Source: Octopus bimaculoides
Taxonomy: Eukaryota
DNA: 64,000 nucleotides
NCBI RefSeq assembly: GCF_001194135.2
Contig: NC_068986.1
Coordinates: forward strand, 97,515,611-97,579,610
Direction: 5' to 3'
The first letter of the stretch is position 1. Every line of letters starts with the position of its first letter. Below the pieces are notes generated by a model. That model was given only the letters and a program-made list of their open reading frames with translations. It was not told where the DNA came from and made no database searches. A program made the position numbers and the translations under genes. This document shows positions 39,300 to 52,589 of the stretch, piece by piece.

Positions 39300-40325
39300 T
39301 TGATAAATTGTCAAGATTATGTTGAACCTGAGGAAAACATTTTAGGATGGTATGTAAAAAATGCTGTGAAAGAATTGTTGATGCATGTCAAGAAATCGGA
39401 CTCCATCAGATCCGATAAATATGTTAAGAAAGAGAAATTCCAAGAGGAAAACATTACAAAGAAAAAATGCCATATAGAGGGAAAAAAATGTATGGTCAGT
39501 TTGCAAGAGATACGAGCAAAAGACAGATACAGAAGGCCGGTTATTATTGATGCAAAGGAGTGAATTGAAGATAAAAATAGAAGCACTTTTATGCACGGCA
39601 CACGAACAAGCATTCGGTACAAAGTATGTGAAGTGTAGAATTGATGAAACCACTGACAGCGACAAACGAAGAATGTGTGTGGTGAGAACAGTGAAAGAGT
39701 GTGGTACATTGCTAGTGGATGCCCGAAACTGGAGCAACTTGAACACAAAAGGTAACATGTCAATGTGGCAAGAGTTATCCATTGGGAGCTTTGTGGAAAT
39801 TTTGGGCCAGAAAGAACAAAGATGTGGTGTGACTAAAACCCAGAACGAGTTACTGAGAAATTGCAAAATCTTGTGGAATGCAATGATGGCCTGTGACCAA
39901 CGGATTAAACGCCAAAAACTTGACATTGTTTATGTGAACAGGAAAGAAAAAACAAAACATGCTTGATATTTGATATAACATGTCCTGGGGAAAACAGTGT
40001 TAAAGAAAAGAAGAAAAAGTTATCAATTACGATGAAGTGAGGTGAAAAACACAGAGGCAATGTAGAAAGAGGATGTGTGACTGGCGCGCTTGGAAGTATT
40101 AGTTCCCAACTGCCAACATGGCTCAAAAAGATTAGAATATATATATAAGATAGGAAGCCTGCAGAAATTATGATTGCTTGGAACTGCAAGTATTCTCCCC
40201 AGGGCTCTTGAAGCGTGATTAGTACACAAGTGTCATCTCAGTCGGCTGGCTGTGAGTTGCTAACACTTTCCATCATACCCAGCAAAAACAAGCTGAGACT
40301 TTACATGATATTATAATTATAATAA
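39297..40325 (+). mobile_element. R4/Dong-like retrotransposon, 3' part (zinc-knuckle and RLE) with 3' UTR
   Basis: ELKIKIEALLCTAHEQA..KYVKCRID..RMC, HIASGCPKL, IHWELCG, KILW, then GALGSI..LQK..LLGTASIL..ALEA*; preceded by (TAA)n at 39230-39297. Confidence 0.88.
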
Positions 40326-40330
40326 CTACT

Positions 40331-40543
40331 TCAAATATTGGCTCAAGACAAGCAAGTTCAAGAAAGAGGTTAAGTCGTTTACATTGGCACCAGTGTTCGG
40401 CTGTTACTTATTTCATCGACCCCGAAATGATCAAAGGCAAAATCGACCTCGGCGTAATTTGAACTCAGAGCACAAAGATGAACGAAATGTTATTCAGTAT
40501 TTTATCTGATGACGTGCTAAATATTCTGCTAAATCGCCAACTC
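40331..40543 (-). mobile_element. GGCGG-headed SINE, degenerate
   Basis: Plus strand tcatcgaccccgaaatgatcaaaggcaaaatcgacctcggcgtaatttgaactcag. Confidence 0.78.
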
Positions 40544-40554
40544 AGTAAGAACAA

Positions 40555-40574
40555 GAACAGCAACAACAGAAATA

Positions 40575-40646
<72 letters not shown>

Positions 40647-40705
40647 GTGATGATGATAATAATGATGATGATGGTAATAATAATACTAATAATGATAATA
40701 ATAAT
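40555..40705. repeat. (AAC)/(GAT)n/(AAT)n compound microsatellite
   Basis: Directly visible. Confidence 0.95.
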
Positions 40706-40899
40706 GTATTGCATACACAAATGATATATCGCATTTACATGCAATGTCAAGATATCGAGTTCTGATACTGTGTAATTACACTCGCAAGACAATCATACAG
40801 TAATCGCCATCTAGGAAGGACAATATTTATATTTTAATATTTCTTTTATTTTTTTTCAGTTGAAAACGCAATAAATAAGAAAACACATTCAACCTCACA

Positions 40900-41170
40900 C
40901 ATACATACTCACATTCACACACACACGCGCACACAAACACACACACACACACACACATATGCTTATATATAAACATGCATATATTTTTTATGTATACATA
41001 TATACATACACACATACATATATACACATATATACATATATATATGCACACACGTACATATATAGACACATGTATATACACATACGTACACGTATATATA
41101 CATACATATATGCATACGAATATATCTTCGCTCACACACACACTCACACAAACACACACACATACAATAT
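40900..41170. repeat. (CA)/(TA)/(TACA) low-complexity tract
   Basis: Directly visible. Confidence 0.9.
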
Positions 41171-42509
41171 ACAAACATTGGAAATACAAATCCTCGGAGA
41201 TCAGTGGTTTCATGTTTTAAGCAATTATCAGCAATGACGAAACTTCAAATGATACAGGAGATTTCCTCAAAAATATTCACGACTCGCCCGGGATGAAGTC
41301 GTAGCGTTCTGTCATATCATTTTGATAGATTTCTGACAAGTCAAACTATTTTCTATATCATTTCAAAGCATACTTAACTACAATTATGTTTTATATCTAT
41401 CCAACATTTTGATATATTATCAAAGTTTTGTTCGTACAAAGAAGTTCAAAATGACTACGTAATGGATATATATTCTATCATTGGACTTTTCGCCCTTGTT
41501 AATGATTGTGAGTGAACATGATACTATCAGTCTCTCTTTCTCTCTCTCTCTCTCTGTATATATNNNNNNNNNNNNNNNNNNNNNNNNNNNNNNNNNNNNN
41601 NNNNNNNNNNNNNNNNNNNNNNNNNNNNNNNNNNNNNNNNNNNNNNNNNNNNNNNNNNNNNNNNNNNNNNNNNNNNNNNNNNNNNNNNNNNNNNNNNNNN
41701 NNNNNNNNNNNNNNNNNNNNNNNNNNNNNNNNNNNNNNNNNNNNNNNNNNNNNNNNNNNNNNNNNNNNNNNNNNNNNNNNNNNNNNNNNNNNNNNNNNNN
41801 NNNNNNNNNNNNNNNNNNNNNNNNNNNNNNNNNNNNNNNNNNNNNNNNNNNNNNNNNNNNNNNNNNNNNNNNNNNNNNNNNNNNNNNNNNNNNNNNNNNN
41901 NNNNNNNNNNNNNNNNNNNNNNNNNNNNNNNNNNNNNNNNNNNNNNNNNNNNNNNNNNNNNNNNNNNNNNNNNNNNNNNNNNNNNNNNNNNNNNNNNNNN
42001 NNNNNNNNNNNNNNNNNNNNNNNNNNNNNNNNNNNNNNNNNNNNNNNNNNNNNNNNNNNNNNNNNNNNNNNNNNNNNNNNNNNNNNNNNNNNNNNNNNNN
42101 NNNNNNNNNNNNNNNNNNATATATATATATATATATATAAATATAAATATAAATATAAAATTTTTGTAAACAAACCAGAAAGGCTTCGTAAGTCACGGAG
42201 AAAAAGGTATTATGGAAGACTCATAGAATAATAATATTTCATTATATATATTCTCCGATTCAAAACGACATTTTTTTAATACAAACAAATGACCGAAAAA
42301 TGACGAGCCAACCCTATCCAAAATCGAACCCACAAGTCAGTGCTTGGACAGCTCCTTGTGCATCTGATTCGGCCAAGCGCTCACCCATCAATTTCAGTTT
42401 AATATTATATATAATATTTGTAAACAAAGCAGAAAGGCTTTGTAAGCTACGGAGAGAAAGCTACTATGGAAGACTCATTGTATAATAACAACTGTATAAA
42501 AATATATCA

Positions 42510-42762
42510 TAACAAGAGCACTCAGAAAGCGCAAACCTCCACCAAGGCAACATCAACGTCGTCTCAACGATTAGCCGGAGATTATTTTTGAAATGAGAAT
42601 ATCTGAAATAAAATCGACTGATCTCACAAACGAGAATACTAAGAATGAATCCGACTAGTCTCAAAGATTAAGTAAGAAAAACCGGAAGAATAATCCAGAA
42701 TCCTTGCCCGGTACCGATTCGATCCCCAAATCTAATCGGTTCGTACCAGTCACGAGGCCAAA
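42510..42762 (+). mobile_element. Probable Helentron-associated non-autonomous element (HINE/DINE-like), 5' part
   Basis: Starts taacaagagcactcagaaagcgcaaacctcc, a terminus I recall for molluscan Helentron-type repeats; 3' end absent. Confidence 0.4.
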
Positions 42763-42836
42763 TATGTGTGCGTGCGTATGTATATGTATGTATGTGTATA
42801 CATGTGTGTATTCATTTATTGATATATGAGCATATG

Positions 42837-42902
<66 letters not shown>

Positions 42903-43006
42903 CCTCTCTCTGCATACACACACAGAGTACATATGTGTGATATGTGGGTTTGTGTCCTTGTATATGTTTGTACTTTTCTACGTATCTTTATATTTAATAC
43001 TGAGAA

Positions 43007-43230
43007 GTCGCACGGTCTAATGTTTAAGAGGGCGTTGGGCTGACGAGCATAAGCCTGTGGGTTTGATTGCTGGACCTGACGCTGAGTCAGTCTTTGTGCA
43101 AGATACCTCACGCGTACTAACCGACTGCTGTGGCAGATGTTTCACCATTTTCCCGTCACTTACTGGATGTTCCGCTAGGTGAAATCTAAGTGGAACCAAA
43201 GAGTACGTATATCTGCTTTTGATCAGATAG
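43007..43230 (+). mobile_element. Highly degenerate tRNA-derived SINE
   Basis: ggtctaatgtttaagag (A-box-like), gggtttgattgc (B-box-like), ctttgtgcaagatacc (CORE-like). Confidence 0.4.
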
Positions 43231-44061
43231 GTACGATTATGGAAAGGTACGATTATGGAAAGAGTTGTAACAGCTAGTAGGACATGGAAGTGAAGCCTAG
43301 GCTCATATAAATATGTCACTCAATCTTATGACGAAGCCTATTTGTAAATAGATACAAATAACACGTTTGAGAGGCAAAGCCTTTGAATGAGAAAATGCTT
43401 GTGTTATTTTTAGGTCACCCATATGACCCTTGGAGGATTAAATGAGTATATGTTTTTTTATTGGCTTGTGCCATGCTGGGGTACCATTGTCAACTGTTTT
43501 ACACAATTGTGTTGACTCTAATAATCTGCAAGCTACTTATTCATCAGGTGGCTAAGTTCTAATAGAACTATGCGACGATGACGATCTATAGTCAATCTCT
43601 TTATACTCATATACATTTACACGGACATACTCATATACAAGAACCCAAACACTCACAAATCTACACATATACATACGTACACAGAGACATACAATTATAA
43701 TGTAGACGCAATCAAAAGATTCACTAGAATTGGTTACTCTTTGAAGAGAAATCAATCAATAATTACATCTTCATTAATGATATATTGATTAGTGTGACAA
43801 AACAAAAAGATCGAACCGAAAACTATCTAGCCTCGTCAGAAATCGATTACCCGTTTCTGATCACACTCTCATGTGGTTAGTAAGCTAATCAGGTTGATTA
43901 ATTTTCTATCCACAGGGAGAAATATACGTGGTTTCACACAGAAGTCGGGCTTATCTATACTAGGCCAACGTAAAGATGGATTTCCTAAAAAGAACACGCT
44001 CGTAATTTTAACCCAGCTTTCTATTTATGACATTGCTATTTATTATATATATATATATATA

Positions 44062-45172
44062 AGCTCGTCGAAACGCCGGTGTTAAAACGTGGGTAGCTGA
44101 TGAAATAGAATGTTCTCTATGTGGCTCGTGTGTTCTCGTCTACGTTTGTTTGCAATGTCCTGTACCCAGATATGCACCTATACATACAGGTGGATGTCGG
44201 TATGCACATACCTGTACGTATATATGCATATACTCATTTACTATTTGTTTTTACATGATTGAACGCAGCGTCTCACAAAAATTGTAAGTAGTTTTCGTAA
44301 ACTTATCCTCCGACGCTNNNNNNNNNNNNNNNNNNNNNNNNNNNNNNNNNNNNNNNNNNNNNNNNNNNNNNNNNNNNNNNNNNNNNNNNNNNNNNNNNNN
44401 NNNNNNNNNNNNNNNNNNNNNNNNNNNNNNNNNNNNNNNNNNNNNNNNNNNNNNNNNNNNNNNNNNNNNNNNNNNNNNNNNNNNNNNNNNNNNNNNNNNN
44501 NNNNNNNNNNNNNNNNNNNNNNNNNNNNNNNNNNNNNNNNNNNNNNNNNNNNNNNNNNNNNNNNNNNNNNNNNNNNNNNNNNNNNNNNNNNNNNNNNNNN
44601 NNNNNNNNNNNNNNNNNNNNNNNNNNNNNNNNNNNNNNNNNNNNNNNNNNNNNNNNNNNNNNNNNNNNNNNNNNNNNNNNNNNNNNNNNNNNNNNNNNNN
44701 NNNNNNNNNNNNNNNNNNNNNNNNNNNNNNNNNNNNNNNNNNNNNNNNNNNNNNNNNNNNNNNNNNNNNNNNNNNNNNNNNNNNNNNNNNNNNNNNNNNN
44801 NNNNNNNNNNNNNNNNNNNNNNNNNNNNNNNNNNNNNNNNNNNNNNNNNNNNNNNNNNNNNNNNNNNNNNNNNNNNNNNNNNNNNNNNNNNNNNNNNNNN
44901 NNNNNNNNNNNNNNNNNNNNNNNNNNNNNNNNNNNNNNNNNNNNNNNNNNNNNNNNNNNNNNNNNNNNNNNNNNNNNNNNNNNNNNNNNNNNNNNNNNNN
45001 NNNNNNNNNNNNNNNNNNNNNNNNNNNNNNNNNNNNNNNNNNNNNNNNNNNNNNNNNNNNNNNNNNNNNNNNNNNNNNNNNNNNNNNNAGACGGAGACAG
45101 GTAGTGTAGAAAACAAACATGTAATAGTATAACGCTCGGGGACTGAAAAACTCTTTAACGTTTCGAGCCTAC
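44062..45172. mobile_element. Possible Penelope-type terminal repeat fragments on both sides of the gap
   Basis: cgaaacg/ctgatga motifs at 44065-44105 and ctctttaacgtttcgagcctacg at 45151-45173; mostly N. Confidence 0.3.
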
Positions 45173-45175
45173 GTG

Positions 45176-45412
45176 TGTGGCTGTGTGGTAAGTAGCTTGC
45201 TTACCAACCACATGGTTTCGGGTTCATTCCCACTGCGTGGCACCTTGGGCAAGTGTCTTCTACTATAGCTTCGGGCCGACCAAAGCCTTGTGAGTGGATT
45301 TGGTAGACGGAAACTGAAAGAATCCGTCGTATATATGTATATATATATATGTATTTGTGTGTATATGTTTGTGTGTCTGTGATTGTCCCCCCAACATTGC
45401 TTGACAACCGAT
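45176..45412 (+). mobile_element. CORE-type tRNA-derived SINE (OR2-like), 5' part with internal (TA/TG) tract
   Basis: gtggctgtgtggtaagtagcttgc..ggtttcgggttcattcccactgcgtggcaccttgggcaagtgtcttc; ccttgggcaag is the CORE-SINE hallmark. Confidence 0.85.
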
Positions 45413-45449
45413 TGTTGCAAACTGTTCCTGGACTTTCACGTAACACACG

Positions 45450-46441
45450 TAACTAGAGGCAGCATGCTTTGGGAATACCAGCATTTGCAACTTGTCGTTC
45501 AGGGATTGAAATTCCTGATGCAGTTAAGTACTTAGAAAATGAATCCTTGCTTTTGGTCTTTGATGGCATTGATGACTCAGTGGCATTGATGACTCAAACA
45601 GAATTTTATTTTTTTTTCATCAGAAAATGGGTTGGTTGATTTAGAAAGCTCTGAAAATTGGGTCTGTGAGGGACTTTTAAGGTCTTTCCTAGTTTGTGGT
45701 GTCAACTTTTCACACTACATATCATCAGTGGAGGGTCATGGATGCCCATGCTATTTGCCTTATATCCTAACGAAAAAGTTGGAAAATTGCCGACCTGTGA
45801 AAATTAAGTGTCTTCGCGCTTTAGCATTTTTACCAAATGAAGACGTTGTCAATGGAGTTGAAGATTTGTCTGATGATGAAAGCATCCCTTCTGAGTTTAT
45901 TATTTATTTTGAGAATTCATACATTGAGAATGTAAAGGGACGCAGTCTTCGTCGACGGAAAGAAACCCCAAAGTTTCCTATCCAACTCTGGAATATACGT
46001 GTCATTGTTTTAAGTGACTTGTCAAGAGCAAATAATGCAGTAGAAGGGTTCCACAATGCTTTGCGGTCATCGGTAACATCCGCACATGCGATATTGTGGA
46101 AACTTTGAATGCCTTTAAAAATGAAGAAGGCTTATGTCAGACGAAAATTGTGCGCATTCAACGTGAGGACTCGACAAAAAAAAAATCCTATCAAATGATT
46201 TATGTACGACTAAAGAAGCTAGTTCAGAATTATCAATCTGAAAACGTTCCGAAATTTTTAAGAAATGTTGTATGCAATTTGCCATACAAAAAATTTCTTC
46301 AAATATATTAAACATTTTTTCATAACTTTATTTTTATGTAATCGCCGTCATTATTATCTTCATGAGTGAATAAAATTTGATCTCAAATATATTCATATTA
46401 CCTATAGTGAAATTTACCGTTGTGGAATTTACCCTGAATCC
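45450..46441 (+). mobile_element. Mutator-like (MULE) transposon fragment with right TIR
   Basis: LESSENWVC.G.FK.FP..QLFTLH, LRALAFLP.EDV, YFENSYI, FPIQLWN, RANNAVEGFHNAL; TIR-like end aaatttaccgttgtggaatttaccctgaatcc at about 46410-46441. Confidence 0.82.
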
Positions 46442-46499
46442 TATCATTGTATTCCAATTTCCTTAATTTTTCAATGATTAGCAGATGAATGACTATCTT

Positions 46500-46610
46500 T
46501 TTATACAGACACAACACAGGCTACACTTTCAGGTTTTGGGGATAAAATTTTCAGAAATAACCCAATAGATTTACCATTAATTCCGTGAAATACTAACGGA
46601 TCCCGCTAGT
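46500..46610 (+). mobile_element. Probable Helitron 3' terminus
   Basis: Hairpin ccgt-gaaatacta-acgg, then CTAG (46606-46609) followed by T. Confidence 0.4.
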
Positions 46611-47019
46611 TTACATTATTGTAATACAATATATACACAGAGAACCGTGAATAACCTGTAATTTGAATCCGACCTGGGAGCCCATCATTGAAGTATATGT
46701 GCATGATTTATGTCAGTTAATATGAATCATCATATATCTGTGTTTTTGTCTTTCCAATTCTGCGTTAGGCTTCCCCCCATTTTTTCTACTTCTGTGAAAA
46801 TGTTATTGTTGTGGAGATCTAATTCGGGTACGAATGTTTATATATTTCTCATTCGCCAAACGCTACTGAAATTTCATCAATACAAAATGTTGAAATAAAT
46901 AAACCTTATCACTGCTACTATTAACGTGTATTTCTTGTTATCATGTAATTAACCCTGTTCGTAATTCTTGCATTCCCCGCAGAACCAAACGCACTGTGTG
47001 TCATGAGTACAGAACGTGC

Positions 47020-48460
47020 TTTGTTTTCTATTTTCTATTTTTAGCTTAATATGTTCGCAGTGTGAGCAGTGCTACTTTTTGTGTGCTGTGTAGTTCTGGG
47101 GTTTTGTTTTTCTATCCATCTTAATCTATTTCTATAATCTCTAAATCAGCTATTTTTATAGTTGTTCGTTCTGTTTACAATCTCCAAATTCTGGTTATCT
47201 ATTTCTTATTATTTATATTTGGATAGTTTCTCCATTTCTTTTAGAGATACATTGTTATCAGTTGGAATTTGTTATTGATTAAGAGAAATTTCTTTTCCTG
47301 AAGTTCAGTGATAACAATATCCGGTCAATATTATTCAGATTTATTTTCTGGTTCCTTATAAGTTTCTTTGTTTTTACTGTCTTTTTCTTTTATTTCCTTT
47401 GTTTCTACTGGAAAGAATATAGTTGAGAGGTGCTGTCAAATATCTTTCAGTCTCAGTTGTTTTGAGTTCTGCGCCTCTCAGACTTACGTTTTTCTCTAAC
47501 TAGTACTTCATTCATTTGTGTCAAGAATAGGTCATGCAGAGATTTGTTCTTGCTATGGTCTTAGCGTGATTTTCTTTGGCCTTATCTTTAGTTTAGTTTA
47601 GTTTCCAAAATGTTTCCTCTGCTTGATTTTGTATTCTTCTCCCAGTTGCTCGTTATCTCAGTTTCTCTTTTGTACGAATTACTCCACTTAATGCAGAAAA
47701 CAAATTTTCCCCTCCATTCTTTACTAGATATCTTTGTAGTCTGATAGTAGGTATGTTTGTAATAGTTTCTGGTTTCAGCAGTCAGCTACCCTCATACCTA
47801 CTCATCTACTTACCTACCTATGTAGCTGTATTCACGATAAATATCTTTTTGTGTCGGCGTTCCCATGATATATTCTAAATGAAGTCATAATTTGTTCTTG
47901 TTTCTTGTTTAACATAGCTAATTCATTTAGCGTCCAATTGATAATATTATTACTATAATGTATGACCGGAACAACTAGAATATTGATTACCAATTACTGT
48001 ATTTTATTTTTAATATTTAGCTCTATGTTAAATATTAAACTAATGCATCTGCAACGTTTTTCCTGGCCTTTCTTTTATTCGTGTGTATTGTATTATGTTG
48101 AATTTACTTGAATCCTAATTATTTTCTAATCTGTTTATGCTATAATTCTCTTATCTTTGTTTCTTTGTGCTTTATAGGTTTCGGTTTCCTTGGTACACTT
48201 TTTTTAAAACTAAATTGCAGGTCGATTTCTCTGCAGAATCTGAGTAGTTTATGTTACAATATTTCCAGTTAGGTGTCATGTGATGCATGGAAACTGAGTC
48301 TAACCAAATAAAGAAAAGCAAATAGTTTCTTTTCTTTCTATTGAATTTGTATCCAAGACTAGTCAAGCTATTTTAACGCCAAAACGAACACGAGTGGAGA
48401 AAGGAAGTGACTTAAGAATAATTACTAAGAATATTTCTTTCTTTGGTTGTATGTGTAACA
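47020..48460 (-). mobile_element. R4/Dong-like retrotransposon, old decayed RT to RLE
   Basis: Minus fragments FLSPLVFVLAL..GYKF, ELNIKNK..VPVIHYS..IINW, PDIVI and IPTDNNVSLKEMEKLSKYK. Confidence 0.7.
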
Positions 48461-49389
48461 TCTTCTGGTGCACCTTACTGCTATTAGTACCAGTTTAATC
48501 ATGGCTCTTGCATCCAGAATTCACGTGCACAAAGGGCTAATGTTATGATAACCAACAAGGGTTTCGCTCATTTTCGTCTTCAGTTATGGCTATTTCATCA
48601 ACATATGACCATTATAACACAGAATCTTCAGCGTTGCTTCTTTTCCTCCGGAACTTAATTTCTGTTGTCTCATAGATGTGTCATATATCCCTCTTGGTAT
48701 TATTGCTATAAATTCCTTTTTTATACATTCTGTAGATTTGTTTCAGTTAAATCGCTAATTTCATTGGGAATTGAAGCAACACTACCGTGGATAATTGGTG
48801 GGTTGGATGTGGTGCTGATGAAAGATCTTGAAATATGCATATATACCCGTTACCTATTTCTTGTGCCTTTGATGACATGGTTACATGAATGTAAACGAAT
48901 ACGAAACGTCGTAAGTTCCATTCCTGACTCTGAAATCTATAAAAAATGTAGAGCTATACTTTAAAATGGGAACATCGTACTACTAACACGAAAGTAAGTT
49001 ACAATATTGACTTGTAAACCTTTAATATATTCGTTAGTATATTATATTATATTAGAATATATTGAAGTAATGAATATTTACGTACTAGCTACCAGGAATG
49101 TGTTTTATATGTAAATTGGTCTATCCAATAATGCTACATCGCTAAACGTAGTGGGTAGTTAAGCAATGTGTTCGTGGATAATTGATGAGTTTTTTTTTAC
49201 ATAGACGTATTCGTATACCAAACATCGTAACATTTAGTATTGGCACTATATTCTATAGGAAATCTGTTGACACACTTCAAAATCAGTTATTTGTATTATA
49301 TCGCGACGGTTTGTTTGATCACCTCGTCAGTGTCATCAGCCTGAATAGTTATGCCCCATATGATTGTGAATTATAATTAGGGGAACCAA

Positions 49390-49600
49390 GAAGGTATGAA
49401 TTTGTGTTGGACATAATTCTTTGCGCTATATCTTCCGCCTTTTTACGATCTGAGTTCAAATCATGTGGAATTCAACTTTGCCAGTCATTTTTCTGATGTT
49501 GCTGAAATAAAAAAAAGCACTGACGTTCTGGGCTTAGAGGGAAGATGGCTTGTTAATAGTATCGACTTGCCCTTTCCCTCAAAACTGCTGGCCACGGCTT
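49390..49600 (+). mobile_element. Very degenerate GGCGG-headed SINE
   Basis: tgagttcaaatc..caactttgcc..atcgacttgccctttccctcaaaa. Confidence 0.4.
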
Positions 49601-50639
49601 CAGTTAGGAGCAATTATTTTAGGCTTATACATATTGCTGTTCTCCAACTACGAACTCTTCCCGACATAAGGATAGAAACTAAAATGGCTTTAATTAAAAT
49701 ACACATTTGTTTAATATGTCAAGTTCCTTGATCTGCTGGAGATGGTAGTCTTACATCCAACTCTACTGTCGTAAAAGAAACATTGACATATTGTGTGATG
49801 AAATCCTAACTGCAAAATTTTGGCAGACAAGATTGAATAGTTGAGGTTGTAGTTAGTCAGTAGTGGCTGACTTTGGGCTAAACATCTTCATCAACAATAA
49901 TAACAATAAAAACAAGCAATTTCAGTAATCTATTTATATATTCGAAAAGGGAATTATAATATCTAATCTCTTTGTTACTAATTGTGGATTACACTGTACG
50001 CGTTCTTGAAATATTCAAAATCAATTTTAAAACAATACTTCTAAACGATATTCCAAGCCTCGTGTTATGTTATCGTTTTTTCGTAATTTACGTCAATTCA
50101 ATTTAAGACTTATTTCGAAGTTATTTACTCTTTTATGAGAGGAAAAAGTCTTAATCGATAACAACGCTTTATTTCTTTTTCATTATTTGATATTTATGTC
50201 GTGAATAACCTTTAGCATTCAATAAAATCCCGATCGTATTAAAATTTAAGAACCCTCTAAGTTATAAATGAAACAGCACGGGGCCTGTTCCATCAAACTG
50301 TTAAGAGTCTGAGAAGCTTATTGTTTTAATCTCCAGGGTAATTGTGGCAAATACACATTTAAAACTATGTATATTTCCTTGTTCATTAAATGGAAAATGT
50401 TGGTGTACGAGCGCAGTAAGTACATCTGTTAGGTTGCATACTTTACTTCGTAGTTACCTGGTTCGATCAGAATGCTCGGCAATTTTATTAAGATTTGACC
50501 TTTGCTATGTTAGTGAAATTAGGGTAGATTAATAATTGCTGGGTTGCGTACGATGGAGTATACCAGTTCATCTTTTTGCACTTAATCCATTGTCTGGCAT
50601 TACATCACCACCCCTGATGCGTGGGTATTGTTATAATTA

Positions 50640-51495
50640 TGGACATGAAATACCTCGATTTTACCAAATCCTTTGACAAAGTCGACCATGATGTGATTTG
50701 TCACAAGTTACGTAAACTTGGCATGGTTGGAAAACTTGGAGAATGGCTACATGATTTTCTAAAAGATAAATGTTAGGTAGTGGTGGTCAAGGAAATACAA
50801 ATAATGAGTGGTGTTCCACAGGGCATCTTGGTGCCGCTGCTATTCATAGTGGCTCTCTCTCTGATATACCCTGAACTGCATAAGTTAAAAACCCTTGCAA
50901 GCTGTGCAGACGGTACAAGTCACCCAGAGGATACAGAATCCTGTTGCGCATCTACAATGTGAGTTGGGCAGTATGCAGTTAGGCTGGGGAAAATAACATG
51001 AAATTTAACATTGGAAAATTCCAAGTGCTGCGCTACCAAGACATGAAGCTCAATAAAGAGGAGATAGGATACATTAGCCTATGAATGATTGCAATCCCTG
51101 AATCAAAATCAGTGCGTGACCTCGGCATCGACATGAGTAATGATGCATCTTTCCAGGTGCATATTACCAAGCTGGTAATAACATGCAGACACTTGAACGG
51201 ATGATCCTTCGAACTTTCAAAACTAGAGAAAAGGAAACCACGATTGTCCTATAAAGGACTTCCATCCTCAGCCGTCTAAATTACTGGTCCCAACCGTGGT
51301 CACCAAATAATGTAACGACGGAACTCAAGGCAATCCAGTGAAGCTACACAAAGAAGATCGACACAATACGACGTATCGGCTACAGGGAAATACTGAAAGA
51401 GTTAAGACTCTACTCCCTAGTACGAAAGCAGGAAATATATGCAGTAATAAACATTTGGAAAATCCTAGAAAAGCGTGCAATAAACTTTGGCATTG
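50640..51495 (+). mobile_element. CR1-group LINE reverse transcriptase fragment
   Basis: YLDFTKSFDKVDH..LGMVGKLGEWLHDFL..SGVPQG..PLLF..SCADGT (YADD equivalent), VRDLGID, LRLYS; truncated by a (TACA)n array. Confidence 0.9.
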
Positions 51496-51496
51496 T

Positions 51497-51680
51497 TATA
51501 CATACATGCATACATACATACATACATACATGCATGCATGCATACATGCACACATACATATATACATACATGCATATATACATACATACATGCATGCATG
51601 CATATATACATACATACATATACATCCATATATATTCGCACATGTATACACAAACACACACACACACACAATCACACACA
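51497..51680. repeat. (TACA/TGCA)n-(CA)n microsatellite
   Basis: Directly visible. Confidence 0.95.
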
Positions 51681-52589
51681 CACACCAAACGACCACTCCA
51701 CTTCCAAATGAAGGAGCACCTAAGTATCAATGCCTTCCTTCCGAAAACGCCTCAGATACGGCAAAACAACCAAAGAGACAGATGCCTCCACATTGGCCTT
51801 GGAGAGAAAACTGGAAATCTACATGTAAAAGAAGTTGTATCGTTCCACTGCCTCGACCCTACAGCAACAGTTGGAGAGTTACATACGCCAACAGCTGGAA
51901 AGTTGCTTACACCAACGCCTAGGAATGTGTGTAACGAAATCGGTTTAATTTGACATTTTCTGGACTGCTTCTTCCTGAGGATAGGCGTTGCACCTGAAAT
52001 ATAAAGGTTTTTGTAAAACTCTCTACACTGTTAGACGCTTTCTAATTTTCCCGTTACTTTTCATTCTTCGATACAACACTGTTTCAAGCGAACTACAATG
52101 TTCTTATGTATTGCTGGTACATGTAACCCAGTACAATCTGTTGTATGGTCTAGTGATCGGGGACTAAACCGGCAACCCCACCAAGCTTACTTGTTGAGAA
52201 GGGATAAAAAACAAGACCCGTCAAATGTCGGAAGAACTCAGAAGAGTCAAATGCCCTCCAATAAAGTATGTAAAGTTGTGTGTGTGTATTTTGTGTTGTG
52301 TGTGTGCATGCATATTCGTGTGTATTTTTTAAATGAATTTTTATGAATAATTTGATGTGTATTATGTGCATGGCATTTTTTGTATATATATTATATATTT
52401 TTATATTTTTATTTGTATTATATATATATGTATATATATATTTTTTTATCTGGCACAGTGTGTATGATGGTGTGTATTCATTATTACTAAGTTTGTGTCT
52501 GTAAATATGTGTCAGTGTGAGTGCAGGCGAAACCCCTTAGACAAGACTAATATCTTCAGTCTTGTCATCCAAGACTGAAGATATTAGCT

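Noticed and set aside
43916-43969. 54-nt plus-strand exon candidate
   Set aside because: Good acceptor but weak donor (gtaaag); no recognisable product
51338-51953. 194-aa and 139-aa ORFs
   Set aside because: Chimeras of an off-frame CR1 remnant, a (TACA)n array and unassigned flank
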